The notes under the pieces are model-generated. The model did no database searches and was not told the DNA's origin. It saw only the letters and a list, made by a program, of their open reading frames with translations. The translations under genes were made by a program, and so were the position numbers. 64,000 nucleotides of DNA from Alphaproteobacteria bacterium (lineage in GTDB: Bacteria; Pseudomonadota; Alphaproteobacteria; Paracaedibacterales; VGCI01), in contig VGEY01000002.1 of NCBI GenBank assembly GCA_016869075.1, forward strand, positions 2,376 to 66,375, in the 5' to 3' direction. Of the stretch, positions 1 through 10,940 are shown piece by piece (position 1 is the first letter of the stretch; every line of letters begins with the position of its first letter).

Positions 1-731
1 ATCCGTTACATCAATTTACAATCCATCCATTAATTAAATTGGAAGTAGGGGGTTGGGATATTTCATTCACCAATTCTGCTCTTTTGATGGTCTTAACGAC
101 ACTTCTCATCAGTATATTTTTTTATTTTTCTGTAAAACCCCGTGCGATGGTTCCAACGCGCTTCCAAATGGTGAGTGAATTATTCTATACCTTTATATCT
201 GATATGATCCGCGAAAATACAGGGAAAGCAGGGCTGCCTTACTTTCCTTATATCTTTAGCTTGTTTTTATTTATTTTGATGGGAAACATGCTCGGGATGT
301 TTCCCTATAGCTTTACCTTCACGAGTCATATTATTGTAACTTTTACTCTCGCAGCCCTGGTGATTAGCTCCATCACCATTATAGGATTTGCGAAACATGG
401 CTTCCACTTTTTGCGCTTGTTTTTCCCCTCGAACACCCCTCTTTATATTCTTCCCATCTTAGTACCCATAGAAATTATGTCTTACCTCATACGCTCGGTA
501 AGTCTGTCAATCCGACTTTTCGCAAATATGATTGCAGGACATGCCATGTTAAAACTTTTCGGAGGCTTCGCTCTTGCATTAGTCGGTACTATCTATTTTC
601 CTGTGGCCATTGCTTCAGTCGCTTTGAGCGTTCTCATCACAGGATTTGAATTTTTAATTGCCCTCCTTCAAGCATATATCTTTACGATATTAACTTGTAT
701 ATATTTAAACGATGCACTAAATTTACATTAA
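1..731 (+). CDS. atpB: F0 ATP synthase subunit a (5' end truncated by window edge)
   Basis: Motifs SLSIRLFANMIAGH and LQAYIFTILT. The frame stays open to the window start (PLHQFTIHPL...), so the true start is upstream of base 1. Confidence 0.97.
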   Translation, partial: PLHQFTIHPLIKLEVGGWDISFTNSALLMVLTTLLISIFFYFSVKPRAMVPTRFQMVSELFYTFISDMIRENTGKAGLPYFPYIFSLFLFILMGNMLGMFPYSFTFTSHIIVTFTLAALVISSITIIGFAKHGFHFLRLFFPSNTPLYILPILVPIEIMSYLIRSVSLSIRLFANMIAGHAMLKLFGGFALALVGTIYFPVAIASVALSVLITGFEFLIALLQAYIFTILTCIYLNDALNLH

Positions 732-773
732 ATTGTTATTTCAAATTTTTGATCAACACGGAGTATATATTCT

Positions 774-998
774 ATGGATATGTCAGCAGCAAAAATGATC
801 GGTGCAGGATTAGCAATGTTAGCATTGCTTGGAGTTGGAATTGGATTGGGATTGATTTTCTCAAATCTTATTACAGCCATTGCTCGCAACCCTTCAACGA
901 AAGATGATGTTATGAAAGTTGGGTTAATAGGCTTTGCCTTAACAGAATCTATTGCTTTATTAGCTTTCGTAACAGCATTAATTATTTTGGCAAAATAA
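774..998 (+). CDS. atpE: F0 ATP synthase subunit c
   Basis: 74-aa hairpin with GxGxGxG, ARNP loop and the essential Glu in GFALTES. Confidence 0.98.
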   Translation: MDMSAAKMIGAGLAMLALLGVGIGLGLIFSNLITAIARNPSTKDDVMKVGLIGFALTESIALLAFVTALIILAK

Positions 999-1025
999 CT
1001 CTACAAAAATTAGTGAGTTTTCTCC

Positions 1026-1514
1026 ATGCCACAATTTGATGTTACAACATTTTCTTCTCAAATTTTTTGGCTGCTCATTTGTTTTGCTTTTCTCTGTATA
1101 ATAATGGCAAAATTTCTGGTCCCAAGGCTTATCGCTGTTTTAGAAGAAAGGGAGCATCGCATTCAAGAAGATAGGAATCAAGCAGACATCTTAAACGCTA
1201 AAAGAGAGACTTTAAGAAAAGAAAACCTGGCCAGCTTGGCCGATGCCCGCTCAAAAGCACATGCTCTTCTTCATCAAGCAATGCAAGAAGCTCATCAAAC
1301 AAAGGCCAATCGTATTTCCTTTTTAGATGATGAGCTCATTACTAAAACGAAAAAAATTCGTAGTAACATAGAGTTACAAGCCCATAAAATTTTGAGTAAT
1401 ATTGATCCCCTTGTCTCTCAAGTAGTTAAATCAACCGCCCCACGCCTATTAGGGCAACCTCTTTCACTCAAACAAATTGAAGAAATTCTTAAGAAAAAAC
1501 GGAAAATAAATTAA
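1026..1514 (+). CDS. F0 ATP synthase subunit b'
   Basis: MPQFD..TF.SQIFWL N-terminus typical of alphaproteobacterial b', followed by a coiled coil; operon position. Confidence 0.93.
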   Translation: MPQFDVTTFSSQIFWLLICFAFLCIIMAKFLVPRLIAVLEEREHRIQEDRNQADILNAKRETLRKENLASLADARSKAHALLHQAMQEAHQTKANRISFLDDELITKTKKIRSNIELQAHKILSNIDPLVSQVVKSTAPRLLGQPLSLKQIEEILKKKRKIN

Positions 1515-2054
1515 ATGGACCCAACTCTTGTTGTCTTAATAAGCTTCGTCATTTTTATGGGGATTGCCTATCGGCTGGGGTACAAGCAATCTATGGCAGC
1601 TTTAGACAATAAAATTGAAACCATTAGGACGATGCTTAATGAGGCCACAAAAGCCAAAGAAGACGCTCTCCAGGCTCTCAACGAAGAAAATCGTTACCAT
1701 GGGGAAATTATGGAAGAAATCGAACTCATAACAAAGCGGACAGAGGAGCAAGCCCTTCTTTTACGACAACAAGCCCTCCAGGAAGTGGACAAAATTATCT
1801 TCAATCGACAATTAGAAGCAAAAAACATGATAGATCGTTTAAGGAATGAGGCTATTAATACCATCCAAGAAGAAGCAACTGCTAGAACTCTCGCCGTTTT
1901 TGAAACACTTATATCAAAGGAACTTTCCTCCGCTCAACAAGAAAATATAAATGACAGGGCAATTGCTCAGATTGCCTCACAATTGCATAAGGCGCATCCC
2001 ACAAACGCTGTAAAATCCAGGCACCTAAAATCAAAGAGATCAAGAAATATCTAG
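1515..2054 (+). CDS. atpF: F0 ATP synthase subunit b
   Basis: N-terminal TM helix plus coiled coil, directly after b'; divergent sequence. Confidence 0.88.
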   Translation: MDPTLVVLISFVIFMGIAYRLGYKQSMAALDNKIETIRTMLNEATKAKEDALQALNEENRYHGEIMEEIELITKRTEEQALLLRQQALQEVDKIIFNRQLEAKNMIDRLRNEAINTIQEEATARTLAVFETLISKELSSAQQENINDRAIAQIASQLHKAHPTNAVKSRHLKSKRSRNI

Positions 2055-2155
2055 GAATTAAAACACAATCTTAACTTGCTATTGTGGAAAAATATGTCTA
2101 ATAAAATAAAGACTATGGATCAAAATAAAATAATCAACCATTTGGAGCAATTATA

Positions 2156-3553
2156 ATGAGGCCATTGAAGAACATTATCATCTCTGGCCGTGAAGTTTTA
2201 CCCCTTGTAGAAGGTGGAAAAGGGATCTCCGTGTCGAATGGTGAAAGCTCCGGAGCCTGGGCTGCTGCTGGTGGTGTGGGCACATTTTCAGCTGTAAACG
2301 CAGATGCTCATGATGAACAGGGACGCTTAATCCCCATTGTATACCATGGAAAAACACGCCGAGAACGCCACGAGGAATTGATCAATTATGCAATTCAGGG
2401 AGGAATCACTCAAGCAAAAATTGCTCATGAGCGTTCTAACGGACAGGGCCGCATTCACATGAATGTTTTGTGGGAAATGGGAGCAGTTGAACCTATTTTG
2501 CATGGTGTTCTCTCCCAAGCTAAAGGCCTGGTTCATGGGGTAACCTGTGGAGCTGGCATGCCCTACAAGCTAGCAGAAATTTGCGTCCACTACGGCATCC
2601 ATTACTATCCAATCGTTTCCTCAGCGCGCGCTTTTCGCATTTTATGGAAGAGAGCTTATAATCGCTTTCCTGAAGCTCTTGGAGGGGTTGTCTATGAAGA
2701 TCCCTGGTTAGCAGGTGGTCACAATGGTCTCTCTAATAGTGAACATCCTGATCACCCCCAAAAACCCTACCCCCGTGTGGCAGAACTTCGTCAAGCTATG
2801 ATTGAGTGCGGACTTAAGGATACCCCCATTTTTATGGCTGGCGGAGTTTGGAGCATTAATGAATGGGAGGACTGGCTAGATAATCCTGAGCTTGGACCCA
2901 TTGCCTTCCAGTTTGGCACACGTCCACTTCTTACACAGGAAAGTCCTATTTCCGAGGCGTGGAAGAAAAAGCTTCTCACCCTTAAAGAGGGGGATATCCA
3001 ATTAAATAGATTTAGTCCTACAGGCTTTTACTCGTCCGCTGTACGTAATGATTTTCTATTGTCATTAGAAGCAAGATCACAAAGGCAAGTCGCTTATAGT
3101 GTTGCCCCTGTTGGAGAGCATACAGAAGCTTTCCCAGTGGGAGCACGTGGACGATTTGTCTATTTAACAATCCATGATAAAGAGCAAGCAGAATCATGGG
3201 TTCAAGCAGGCTTCAAAGAAGCGATGCGAACCCCCGATTCAACGTTGGTGTTTGTAACTCCAGAACACCAAAACGAGATTTTAACGGATCAAATAAATTG
3301 CATGGGATGTTTATCTGCTTGTAATTTCAGCAACTGGGCCCAAAATGAAGAGGGAACGACGGGCAAAAAGGCAGACCCCCGTTCTTATTGTATTCAAAAA
3401 ACTCTTCAAGCAATTAGCCATAGCGAGGATGTCAACAATCAGTTAATGTTTGCAGGTCATCAAGCCTATCGCTTTGCACGAGACCCTTATTACGCCAATG
3501 GTTTTATTCCATCAGTCCAGCAATTGGTTGAACGCCTTCAGACTGGAAATTAA
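2156..3553 (+). CDS. NAD(P)H-dependent flavin oxidoreductase (nitronate monooxygenase / 2-nitropropane dioxygenase-like family)
   Basis: EGGKG, GAGMP, AGGHNG, AGGVW and FQFGTR FMN TIM-barrel motifs; C-terminal CMGCLSAC...YCI cysteine cluster. Confidence 0.88.
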   Translation: MRPLKNIIISGREVLPLVEGGKGISVSNGESSGAWAAAGGVGTFSAVNADAHDEQGRLIPIVYHGKTRRERHEELINYAIQGGITQAKIAHERSNGQGRIHMNVLWEMGAVEPILHGVLSQAKGLVHGVTCGAGMPYKLAEICVHYGIHYYPIVSSARAFRILWKRAYNRFPEALGGVVYEDPWLAGGHNGLSNSEHPDHPQKPYPRVAELRQAMIECGLKDTPIFMAGGVWSINEWEDWLDNPELGPIAFQFGTRPLLTQESPISEAWKKKLLTLKEGDIQLNRFSPTGFYSSAVRNDFLLSLEARSQRQVAYSVAPVGEHTEAFPVGARGRFVYLTIHDKEQAESWVQAGFKEAMRTPDSTLVFVTPEHQNEILTDQINCMGCLSACNFSNWAQNEEGTTGKKADPRSYCIQKTLQAISHSEDVNNQLMFAGHQAYRFARDPYYANGFIPSVQQLVERLQTGN

Positions 3554-3653
3554 TTAATTAGAGTATACAAAATACGATATCCTTATGATAACATATAACT
3601 AGTAGCCCTTTTTGTTTATTTATGGGCTGGTCAATAAAGATGAGGAGACCGTT

Positions 3654-4115
3654 ATGCGCAAAAAGAAAACTTGGATTCTTTTAGCAGATGGCGGCCGTGC
3701 TCGCATAATTGAACGAATCTCCCCTCTTGGAAAATTAAAAGAACTCCATTCACTTTCCCATACCCATCAACTCTCTCATGTGCATGGAAATGACCGCCCT
3801 GGTCGTACGTTTGAAAGTGCGGCTCCAATTCGTCATGCTTATGATCCTTCGCCTGATTGGCATGAACTGCAAAAAGAATCTTTTGCAAAAGAACTGACAA
3901 CTTTTTTGAAGCATGCAAGCCACAATCAGCTCTTTGAGGAACTGCATATTATCAGTTCACCACAAATGCTCGGGTATTTACGAACACATCTGGATAAAAA
4001 TGGTCTTGCCTCAAAAATTACCAAAGAAGACCATAAGGATCTTCTTGGAATTCCCTTGAATGAACTGCCTGATTATCTTGACAATCTTCCTCCTAAGAAA
4101 AGAGCAAACAGATAA
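3654..4115 (+). CDS. host attachment protein family (AtsE-like / baeRF12-like)
   Basis: TWILLADGGRARI, DRPGRTFES, FAKEL, P.MLG.LR and KDL motifs; ATG at 3654 after GAGGAG. Confidence 0.85.
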   Translation: MRKKKTWILLADGGRARIIERISPLGKLKELHSLSHTHQLSHVHGNDRPGRTFESAAPIRHAYDPSPDWHELQKESFAKELTTFLKHASHNQLFEELHIISSPQMLGYLRTHLDKNGLASKITKEDHKDLLGIPLNELPDYLDNLPPKKRANR

Positions 4116-4117
4116 AA

Positions 4118-4750
4118 TTATTTTGTTTTTGGCTCATAGGGACATAAATCATTGATGATACATGTTGGACATAAGGGTTTGCGGGCTTTACAAACATATC
4201 GCCCATGTAAAACAAGCCAATGATGAGCATGCACACGAAATTTTTCTGGAATAACGCGTTCTAGATTCTTTTCAACTTCTAAAGGATTTTTGCCACACGC
4301 AAGCTGCAACCGATTTGACACTCGAAATATATGGGTATCCACAGGAATAGTTGGCTCCTTAAATACCACGTTGAGAACCACATTCGCCGTTTTACGACCA
4401 ACACCTGGTAAAGATTCTAATTCGGTACGTGTTTCGGGAATTTTTCCTCCATAATGATCCACCAACAGTTGTGACATTTTTATAATATTCTTAGCTTTTG
4501 AAGGATAAAGCCCAATGGTTTTGATGCTCCGCATTAATCCCTCAAGCCCAAATGTGAGCATCTTTTGAGGCGTATCGATAGATTGAAAGAGATCTTTGGT
4601 TACCTTATTAACCCCAGCATCAGTGGCTTGTGCAGATAAAATAACAGCGACGAGAAGTGTATACGAATTAATAAAATAAAGCTCTGTTTTTGGGTGAGGG
4701 TCTTGTTCTGCAAAACGCGCAAACATTTTATCAATCGTGGCGGGAGTCAT
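4118..4750 (-). CDS. nth: endonuclease III
   Basis: LSAQATD, HhH motif LPGVGRKTANVV, VDTH and the 4Fe-4S CxxxxxxCxxCxxxxxC motif. Confidence 0.98.
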   Translation of the reverse strand: MTPATIDKMFARFAEQDPHPKTELYFINSYTLLVAVILSAQATDAGVNKVTKDLFQSIDTPQKMLTFGLEGLMRSIKTIGLYPSKAKNIIKMSQLLVDHYGGKIPETRTELESLPGVGRKTANVVLNVVFKEPTIPVDTHIFRVSNRLQLACGKNPLEVEKNLERVIPEKFRVHAHHWLVLHGRYVCKARKPLCPTCIINDLCPYEPKTK

Positions 4751-4802
4751 TTATTGTTCCTTCTTGTTTTTATTGTATTTTAATTTATTGCAAGGGGCAT
4801 CC

Positions 4803-5576
4803 TTATTTGTTCTTAAAGCTTGGCTTCCTCTTCTCCAAAAAAGCATTCATTCCTTCTTTTCTATCTTCCAGTGCAAAGGAGGCTTGAAACAAATGACGTT
4901 CAAACCTAATCCCTTGGGTTAAAGGCATATTTTCTGCTGCGCAAATGGCTTCCTTTATCATTTGGACAGCGGGCAGAGAAAAGTCAGCAATTTTTTTAGC
5001 CATACTCAGGGCTTCATCCATTAATTTCTTTTCAGGGACAACCCGGGCCACAAGACCACATCGTTCTGCCTCCTGCGCGTCCATAAGACGCCCGGTTAAG
5101 CAGAGTTCCATCGCTTTTACTTTACCCAGTAAATGCGTTAATCGTTGCGTCCCACCAGCCCCCGGAATGGTTCCTAATGTAATTTCTGGTTGCCCAAACT
5201 GGGCCGTATCCGCGGCTAAAATAATGTCGCACATCATGGCCAGCTCGCAACCACCCCCCAACGCATACCCAGAAACGGCCGCTATGGTGGGTTTTCTACA
5301 TTTGGACAAATATTCCCAAGTTTCAATAAAATCCTCAGCAAATACTTTTTGAAATGTGAGATCTTTCATTTCTTTAATATCAGCCCCAGCGGCAAAAGCT
5401 TTTTCATCCCCCGTTATGACCATTGCCCCAATTTCTGAATCAGCCTCTGCCTGGCGTAAAGAATGGTTCAGCTGAGAAATAAGCTCTTGAGATAAAGCAT
5501 TCATAGCTGGAGAGCGGCTAAGGGTGATCACCATAACCCGTCCTATTATTTTTGTATGAATAAGTGGTTCTGCCAT
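4803..5576 (-). CDS. enoyl-CoA hydratase (crotonase family)
   Basis: AFAAGADIKEM, ALGGGCELAMMCD and PEITLGTIPGAGGTQRL; ATG at 5576 with GGAGG RBS. Confidence 0.95.
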   Translation of the reverse strand: MAEPLIHTKIIGRVMVITLSRSPAMNALSQELISQLNHSLRQAEADSEIGAMVITGDEKAFAAGADIKEMKDLTFQKVFAEDFIETWEYLSKCRKPTIAAVSGYALGGGCELAMMCDIILAADTAQFGQPEITLGTIPGAGGTQRLTHLLGKVKAMELCLTGRLMDAQEAERCGLVARVVPEKKLMDEALSMAKKIADFSLPAVQMIKEAICAAENMPLTQGIRFERHLFQASFALEDRKEGMNAFLEKRKPSFKNK

Positions 5577-5666
5577 CTTAACCTCCCCTTTTTTATAAGC
5601 GTAAAATATTTTTTTAAAGAAAGCACTTGAATTTTCTGTATAAAGTACATACATTTTCGTTAAGTT

Positions 5667-5736
5667 CTCCTGTGGGGATTGAAGATTAAAATATGTTAGC
5701 TATTTTATCCCCACCCGGAGGGAAAAGGGATAAATA
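5667..5736 (+). promoter_or_regulatory. structured leader upstream of rimP with two mutually exclusive hairpins
   Basis: GTGGGGAT(5672-79) pairs with ATCCCCAC(5707-14); alternatively TATTTTATCCC(5701-11) pairs with GGGATAAATA(5727-36). Confidence 0.45.
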
Positions 5737-5741
5737 AGGCA

Positions 5742-6227
5742 GTGGACATATTAAAGCGCATCGAAGCTATTATCGAAGAACCCCTCATCGCTCGTGGGTA
5801 TTCTATTGTACGCGTTCAGCTTTCTGGTTCCCACCGGAAAGTTTTGCAAATTATGATTGAGCGCTTGGACGAGAAGCCAATTACAGCGGATGATTGCTCA
5901 ACCGTAAGTCGTGTGGTTTCGGTTCTCTTGGATGTTCAAGATCCTATAAAAAATCCCTATGTTTTAGAAGTTTCATCGCCTGGGTTGGAACGTCCATTGG
6001 TAAAACTAAAAGATTACCAACGATTTTGCGGACAAATGGTTGTTGTAACAACGCAACAGCCGATTAATGAGCGCAAACGCTTCCAAGGACGCTTGACGTC
6101 AGCAAATGAAAGGGAAATAACCTTAGATCTGTTAAATGTTGCAGATACAGAAAAGTCTCCCAGTGTAACTATTGGGATGGAAAATATTCGCGCCGCGCGT
6201 CTTTTTGTGGATTTTAATGCGTTATAG
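5742..6227 (+). CDS. rimP: ribosome maturation factor RimP
   Basis: YVLEVSSPGLERPL motif; precedes nusA. Confidence 0.97.
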   Translation: MDILKRIEAIIEEPLIARGYSIVRVQLSGSHRKVLQIMIERLDEKPITADDCSTVSRVVSVLLDVQDPIKNPYVLEVSSPGLERPLVKLKDYQRFCGQMVVVTTQQPINERKRFQGRLTSANEREITLDLLNVADTEKSPSVTIGMENIRAARLFVDFNAL

Positions 6228-6260
6228 TGAAAATATGATTTAGATAGAAGGAATAATATC

Positions 6261-7814
6261 GTGTCCAGTCAAAAATATAGATCTACTGAAGTAAATATGA
6301 GCAACCAGCCACGTCATGAACTGCTCCTTGTTGCTGAAACAGTTGCCCGTGAAAAGGGGATTGACCGGGAAGATGTTGTGTTAGCTATGGAACAAGCCAT
6401 TCAAAAGGCTGCCAAGGCAAAATATGGTATGGATCGAGATATACGCGCAACCATCGATCGCTCAACCGGGGAAGTAGATATTCAAAAATGTTTAACAGTT
6501 GTCGAGGAAGTTCAGAACCCCCTTGTCGAGATTAATCTATCGCAAGCAAAAGAAAGGAACCCCTCAGCAAATGTGGGCGATGTAATTTACGAAATGCTTC
6601 CACCCATTGAGTTTGGCCGTGTGGCAGCACAAAGTGCCCGACAAGTTATTTTCCAAAAAGTACGGGATGCTGAAAGAGCACAACAATTTATTGAATATAA
6701 GGATCGCATAGGACAAATTATTAGCGGATTAATCAAGCGTGTAGAGTTTGGTAACGTGGTTATGGATCTTGGTCGCACAGAAGCGATTCTCCGCAGGGAA
6801 GATACTATTCCACGTGAAGTCTTTCGTGTAGGCGATCGAATTCGCGTCTATATTGCCGATGTTCGCCCAGAAGTGCGCGGACCTATGATCTTTTTATCGC
6901 GTACTCACCCCCAATTTATGACAAAACTTTTCGAACAAGAAGTCCCAGAGATCTATGATGGTATTATTGAAGTTAAAGCCGTTGCACGGGATCCAGGAAG
7001 TCGAGCAAAGCTTGCCGTTTACACATCTGATCCAAGCATTGATCCCGTAGGCGCCTGCGTCGGTATGCGCGGCAGTCGCGTACAAGCAGTTGTAACTGAG
7101 CTACAAGGAGAAAAGGTTGATATCATTCCTTGGTCATCAAATCCTGCAACTTTTGTTGTTAATGCCTTAGCGCCTGCCGAAGTCATGAAAGTTGTTCTTG
7201 ATGAAGAAAACCATCGGGTTGATGTTATTGTTGAAGAAGAGCAACTCAGCCTTGCCATTGGCCGTCGTGGGCAAAATGTTCGCTTGGCATCTCAATTAAC
7301 AGGATGGAATATTGACATCTTGACCGAGGCTGAAGAAACAGCACGACGGACTGAAGAACACGCAAATCGTACAAAGCTATTTATGGAATCATTAGATGTG
7401 GATGAAATGATTGGCCAATTGTTGGCTGCTGAGGGATTTGCAACTATTGAAGAAATTGCATATGTTCCTATAAGTGAATTCTCTAATATTGAAGGTTTCG
7501 ATGAAGAGATTAGCCAGGAATTACAAACACGCGCACTTACGCACTTAGAACAGCGCGACACTAAAATACGCAAAGAATGCGAAGAAATGGGTCTGGCACA
7601 GGACGTTATGAATATTGATGGTCTAACCCCTGAAATGCTGTTAAAATTGGCAAAAAATGGTATTAAAACCCTCGATGACTTTGCGGACTTAGCCGGAGAT
7701 GAATTGCTCGATATTATTGGTAAGCAATCTCTCCCCTTAGAGCGCGCTAATGAAATGATTATGGCTGCACGCTCTCATTGGTTTGCAGATGAAGAAACTC
7801 CACAATCTGTATAG
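6261..7814 (+). CDS. nusA: transcription termination/antitermination factor NusA
   Basis: FGRVAAQSARQV, S1 and KH domains (ARDPGSRAK, AIGRRGQNVRLA), C-terminal acidic repeats; alternative ATG at 6297. Confidence 0.98.
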   Translation: MSSQKYRSTEVNMSNQPRHELLLVAETVAREKGIDREDVVLAMEQAIQKAAKAKYGMDRDIRATIDRSTGEVDIQKCLTVVEEVQNPLVEINLSQAKERNPSANVGDVIYEMLPPIEFGRVAAQSARQVIFQKVRDAERAQQFIEYKDRIGQIISGLIKRVEFGNVVMDLGRTEAILRREDTIPREVFRVGDRIRVYIADVRPEVRGPMIFLSRTHPQFMTKLFEQEVPEIYDGIIEVKAVARDPGSRAKLAVYTSDPSIDPVGACVGMRGSRVQAVVTELQGEKVDIIPWSSNPATFVVNALAPAEVMKVVLDEENHRVDVIVEEEQLSLAIGRRGQNVRLASQLTGWNIDILTEAEETARRTEEHANRTKLFMESLDVDEMIGQLLAAEGFATIEEIAYVPISEFSNIEGFDEEISQELQTRALTHLEQRDTKIRKECEEMGLAQDVMNIDGLTPEMLLKLAKNGIKTLDDFADLAGDELLDIIGKQSLPLERANEMIMAARSHWFADEETPQSV

Positions 7815-7836
7815 AAGAATTTAGGCGAGAAACAGA

Positions 7837-10404
7837 ATGAATAAACCGACCGATCAGGAACCGAAAAAAACTCTAACTTTGAGTAAAAAATTAGATGTAA
7901 AAAAGGTCGTTGAATCAGATCAAGTTCGCCAAAGCTTTTCCCATGGCCGTACTAAAACTGTATCGGTGGAGGTTAAGCGCAAACGGGTTTCTATGCCTGG
8001 TGAAATCATTGAGGAAAAGCCCATTGAAAAATCGCCTCCCACTTCTCCTCCTGCCCAAGAACCAGAACAAGATTTGAAAAAGGCAACCACTTCAGCAGGC
8101 AAACGCCTTACAGAAGACGAGCTCACCAATCGCTTAAAGGTTGTGCAAGACGCCCTTAAAACAGATGCTCTGGAAGCTGGAGAACGCGCACGCAGGGAAG
8201 CTGAAGAGGCTGAATGGCGGCGTCAAATGGAGCAATTGGCGCTTGAAAAACAACAAGAAAAGCCACCTGCCAAGGAGAAATCCCCTTCTGAATCAGAAGA
8301 AGCCCCCTCTTCACAGGAAGGGACATCGTCTGATCTTACCCGTCATAAGCCTGATAACCGCCACCCGGCTGGAAAAACCTATGCACCTACCTATGCAAAG
8401 AATATCGTTGAAGAAGACGAGGATGAAGACGCAGGAGGACGCCGAAAGGGTGGGGCGCGTATAGATGCAAAGAAAAATGTAGGACCAGCTGTTAAGAAAG
8501 AATTTGATCATCCGCGAAAATTAGATCGTCAATCAATTACACGTGCGCTCTCAGGTGAAGAAGAAAGCCGAGGACGCTCTCTAGCTTCATTAAGACGTGC
8601 ACGACAAAAACATAAACAACTTGCAGACCAAACTGAACAACTTAAAGTTATTCGTGAAGTTATTATTCCTGATACTATTACAGTCGGTGAACTTGCTAAC
8701 CGTATGGCGGTTCGAGGGGCAGATGTTATCAAATCTCTCATGAAGTTAGGGATGATGGTAACCATTAATCAGCCTATTGATGCTGATACTGCTGAACTCC
8801 TTTGTAGTGAATTCGGTCATAAATTTAAACGCATCTCTGAGTCCGACATTGAATTAGGATTACGTGGCGAAGAGGATAAAGAATCTGAATTGATCCATCG
8901 CGCACCAGTTGTTACGGTTATGGGACACGTTGATCATGGAAAGACATCTCTCCTAGATGCCTTACGCAAAACGGACGTTGTAAGTGGAGAAGCTGGAGGA
9001 ATTACCCAACATATTGGAGCTTATCAAGTCACACTGAGATCTGGCCAAAAGATAACCTTTATTGATACGCCGGGCCATGCAGCATTTACAGAAATGCGTG
9101 CGAGAGGTGCGAATGTTACGGATATAGTTGTCCTTGTTGTTGCTGCCGATGATGGAATTATGGAACAAACAATCGAAGCCATTCACCATGCTAAGGCCGC
9201 TAAAGTACCCATGGTTGTTGCTATTAATAAAATGGACAAGCCTGAAGCAAATCCTTCACGCGTTAGATCAGAACTCTTACAACACGAAGTTGTTTTGGAA
9301 GAATTCGGGGGGGATATTCTCTCAGTAGAAGTCTCAGCAAAAAAACTTATGAATCTTGATTTGCTTGAAGAAAAAATCCTTCTTCAAGCTGAAGTTTTAG
9401 ATTTAAAATCAAATCCCAGCCGAGCTGCAGAAGGCGTTGTCATTGAGGCGCAAATTGATAAAGGACGTGGAACAGTTGCAACTATTTTAATTCAACGAGG
9501 CACCTTAAAGGTTGGAGATATTTTTGTTGCAGGAACAGAATGGGGACGTGTCCGTGCTCTAATCAATGATCATGGACAAAAAATCGAAACGGCTACACCT
9601 GCTATGCCTGTGGAAATTTTGGGTTTCAACGGGGTACCTTCTGCCGGAGACGAATTCTTTGTTGTTGAAACTGAGGCTCGCGCCCGTGAAGTTGCCGAAT
9701 TCCGTCAACGTCGCGAACGTGACGCAAAAGTTGCTGCTTCAGCTCGCAGTTCCATGGAACAAATGATGACACAAATTGCAAGTGGAGAAGCACGTGAACT
9801 GCCCCTTGTTATTAAATCAGATGTCCAAGGCTCTCTGGAAGCTATCCAAGCCAGCTTAGGAAAATTATCAACTGAAGAAGTTAATATCCGCGTTTTACAC
9901 GGTGGTGTTGGGGGAATTAATGAAAGTGATGTAACTCTTGCCAGAGCCTCCGGCGGAATTGTCATCGGCTTCAACGTTCGCACCAACCCACAAGCTCGTG
10001 AATTGGCACGACGTGATAATGTTGAAATTAGGTATTATTCTATTATCTATGATGTTATTGATGATATGAAAGCCCTCATGAGCGGCCTCCTCGCTCCAAC
10101 TTTGCGAGAGAAGTTCCTAGGTTTTGTGGAAATTCGCCAAGTTTTCAGTATCAGCAAAATTGGAAAAGTTGCTGGCTGTTATGTTACAGAAGGCGTCGTT
10201 AAACGCGGTGCGAGAATACGTCTTCTCCGAGACAATGTGGTTATACACGAAGGTGCCTTGCAATCCCTCAAACGTTTTAAAGATGAAGTCAAAGAAGTTA
10301 AAGAATCTTATGAGTGTGGTATTGTGCTAGAAAATTATAATGACATTCAAGAAAAAGACATCATCGAATGTTATGAAATAGAGAGCGTTGCACGCCAAAT
10401 ATAA
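7837..10404 (+). CDS. infB: translation initiation factor IF-2
   Basis: [26 protein letters not shown] and NKMD motifs. Confidence 0.99.
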   Translation: MNKPTDQEPKKTLTLSKKLDVKKVVESDQVRQSFSHGRTKTVSVEVKRKRVSMPGEIIEEKPIEKSPPTSPPAQEPEQDLKKATTSAGKRLTEDELTNRLKVVQDALKTDALEAGERARREAEEAEWRRQMEQLALEKQQEKPPAKEKSPSESEEAPSSQEGTSSDLTRHKPDNRHPAGKTYAPTYAKNIVEEDEDEDAGGRRKGGARIDAKKNVGPAVKKEFDHPRKLDRQSITRALSGEEESRGRSLASLRRARQKHKQLADQTEQLKVIREVIIPDTITVGELANRMAVRGADVIKSLMKLGMMVTINQPIDADTAELLCSEFGHKFKRISESDIELGLRGEEDKESELIHRAPVVTVMGHVDHGKTSLLDALRKTDVVSGEAGGITQHIGAYQVTLRSGQKITFIDTPGHAAFTEMRARGANVTDIVVLVVAADDGIMEQTIEAIHHAKAAKVPMVVAINKMDKPEANPSRVRSELLQHEVVLEEFGGDILSVEVSAKKLMNLDLLEEKILLQAEVLDLKSNPSRAAEGVVIEAQIDKGRGTVATILIQRGTLKVGDIFVAGTEWGRVRALINDHGQKIETATPAMPVEILGFNGVPSAGDEFFVVETEARAREVAEFRQRRERDAKVAASARSSMEQMMTQIASGEARELPLVIKSDVQGSLEAIQASLGKLSTEEVNIRVLHGGVGGINESDVTLARASGGIVIGFNVRTNPQARELARRDNVEIRYYSIIYDVIDDMKALMSGLLAPTLREKFLGFVEIRQVFSISKIGKVAGCYVTEGVVKRGARIRLLRDNVVIHEGALQSLKRFKDEVKEVKESYECGIVLENYNDIQEKDIIECYEIESVARQI

Positions 10405-10416
10405 TTGCCAAATACA

Positions 10417-10809
10417 ATGAGAGATTATTCTAAAAAAACTTTGTTTGCACCCTCGCGTGCCCCCAGCCATCGTCGCTTAAAAGTGGGTGAGGAAGTGCGC
10501 CATATTTTATCTAGCCTCCTTTTGCATGCAAAACTTCCCGAACCAGGTTTGCCAGTCTCTGTGACAATAACACAAGTTCAAATGTCTCCCGATCTGCAAA
10601 TTGCTACCCTATTTGTTATGCCCTTAGGTGGCCAGATGCGCGAAGAAACACTCGCTCATCTATCAGAACTGGCGGGCTATTTGAGGCATCAACTGGGCAA
10701 AAGGCTTTCTCTTAAATTCACACCTTCGTTACGCTTTCGCATCGATGAATCCTTCGATGAAGCTGAACGCATTGAGAAATTGCTCAACAGCATAGCCGAA
10801 AAAAACTAA
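10417..10809 (+). CDS. rbfA: ribosome-binding factor A
   Basis: RRLKVGEEVR, MSPDL and KFTPSLRFRIDESF; follows infB. Confidence 0.96.
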   Translation: MRDYSKKTLFAPSRAPSHRRLKVGEEVRHILSSLLLHAKLPEPGLPVSVTITQVQMSPDLQIATLFVMPLGGQMREETLAHLSELAGYLRHQLGKRLSLKFTPSLRFRIDESFDEAERIEKLLNSIAEKN

Positions 10810-10842
10810 TCCAAAATAATATGAGTACACGGACTCAGCCAA

Positions 10843-10924
10843 GCCGAAGGCTATGCAATAGAGAAGAGAGTTGCCCCAGCCTTCGGCCTCTCAATGAGGC
10901 ATAGAGATTGAGTCTCGAGATGAC
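10843..10924. repeat. degenerate palindromic intergenic repeat (RPE/REP-like)
   Basis: Inverted repeat GCCGAAGGCT(10843-52)/AGCCTTCGGC(10878-87); TTGC...CTCTCAATGA resembles the RPE-type GATTGC...CTCGCAATGAC arm. Confidence 0.5.
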
Positions 10925-10940
10925 AAGAAGAAACGAACGA

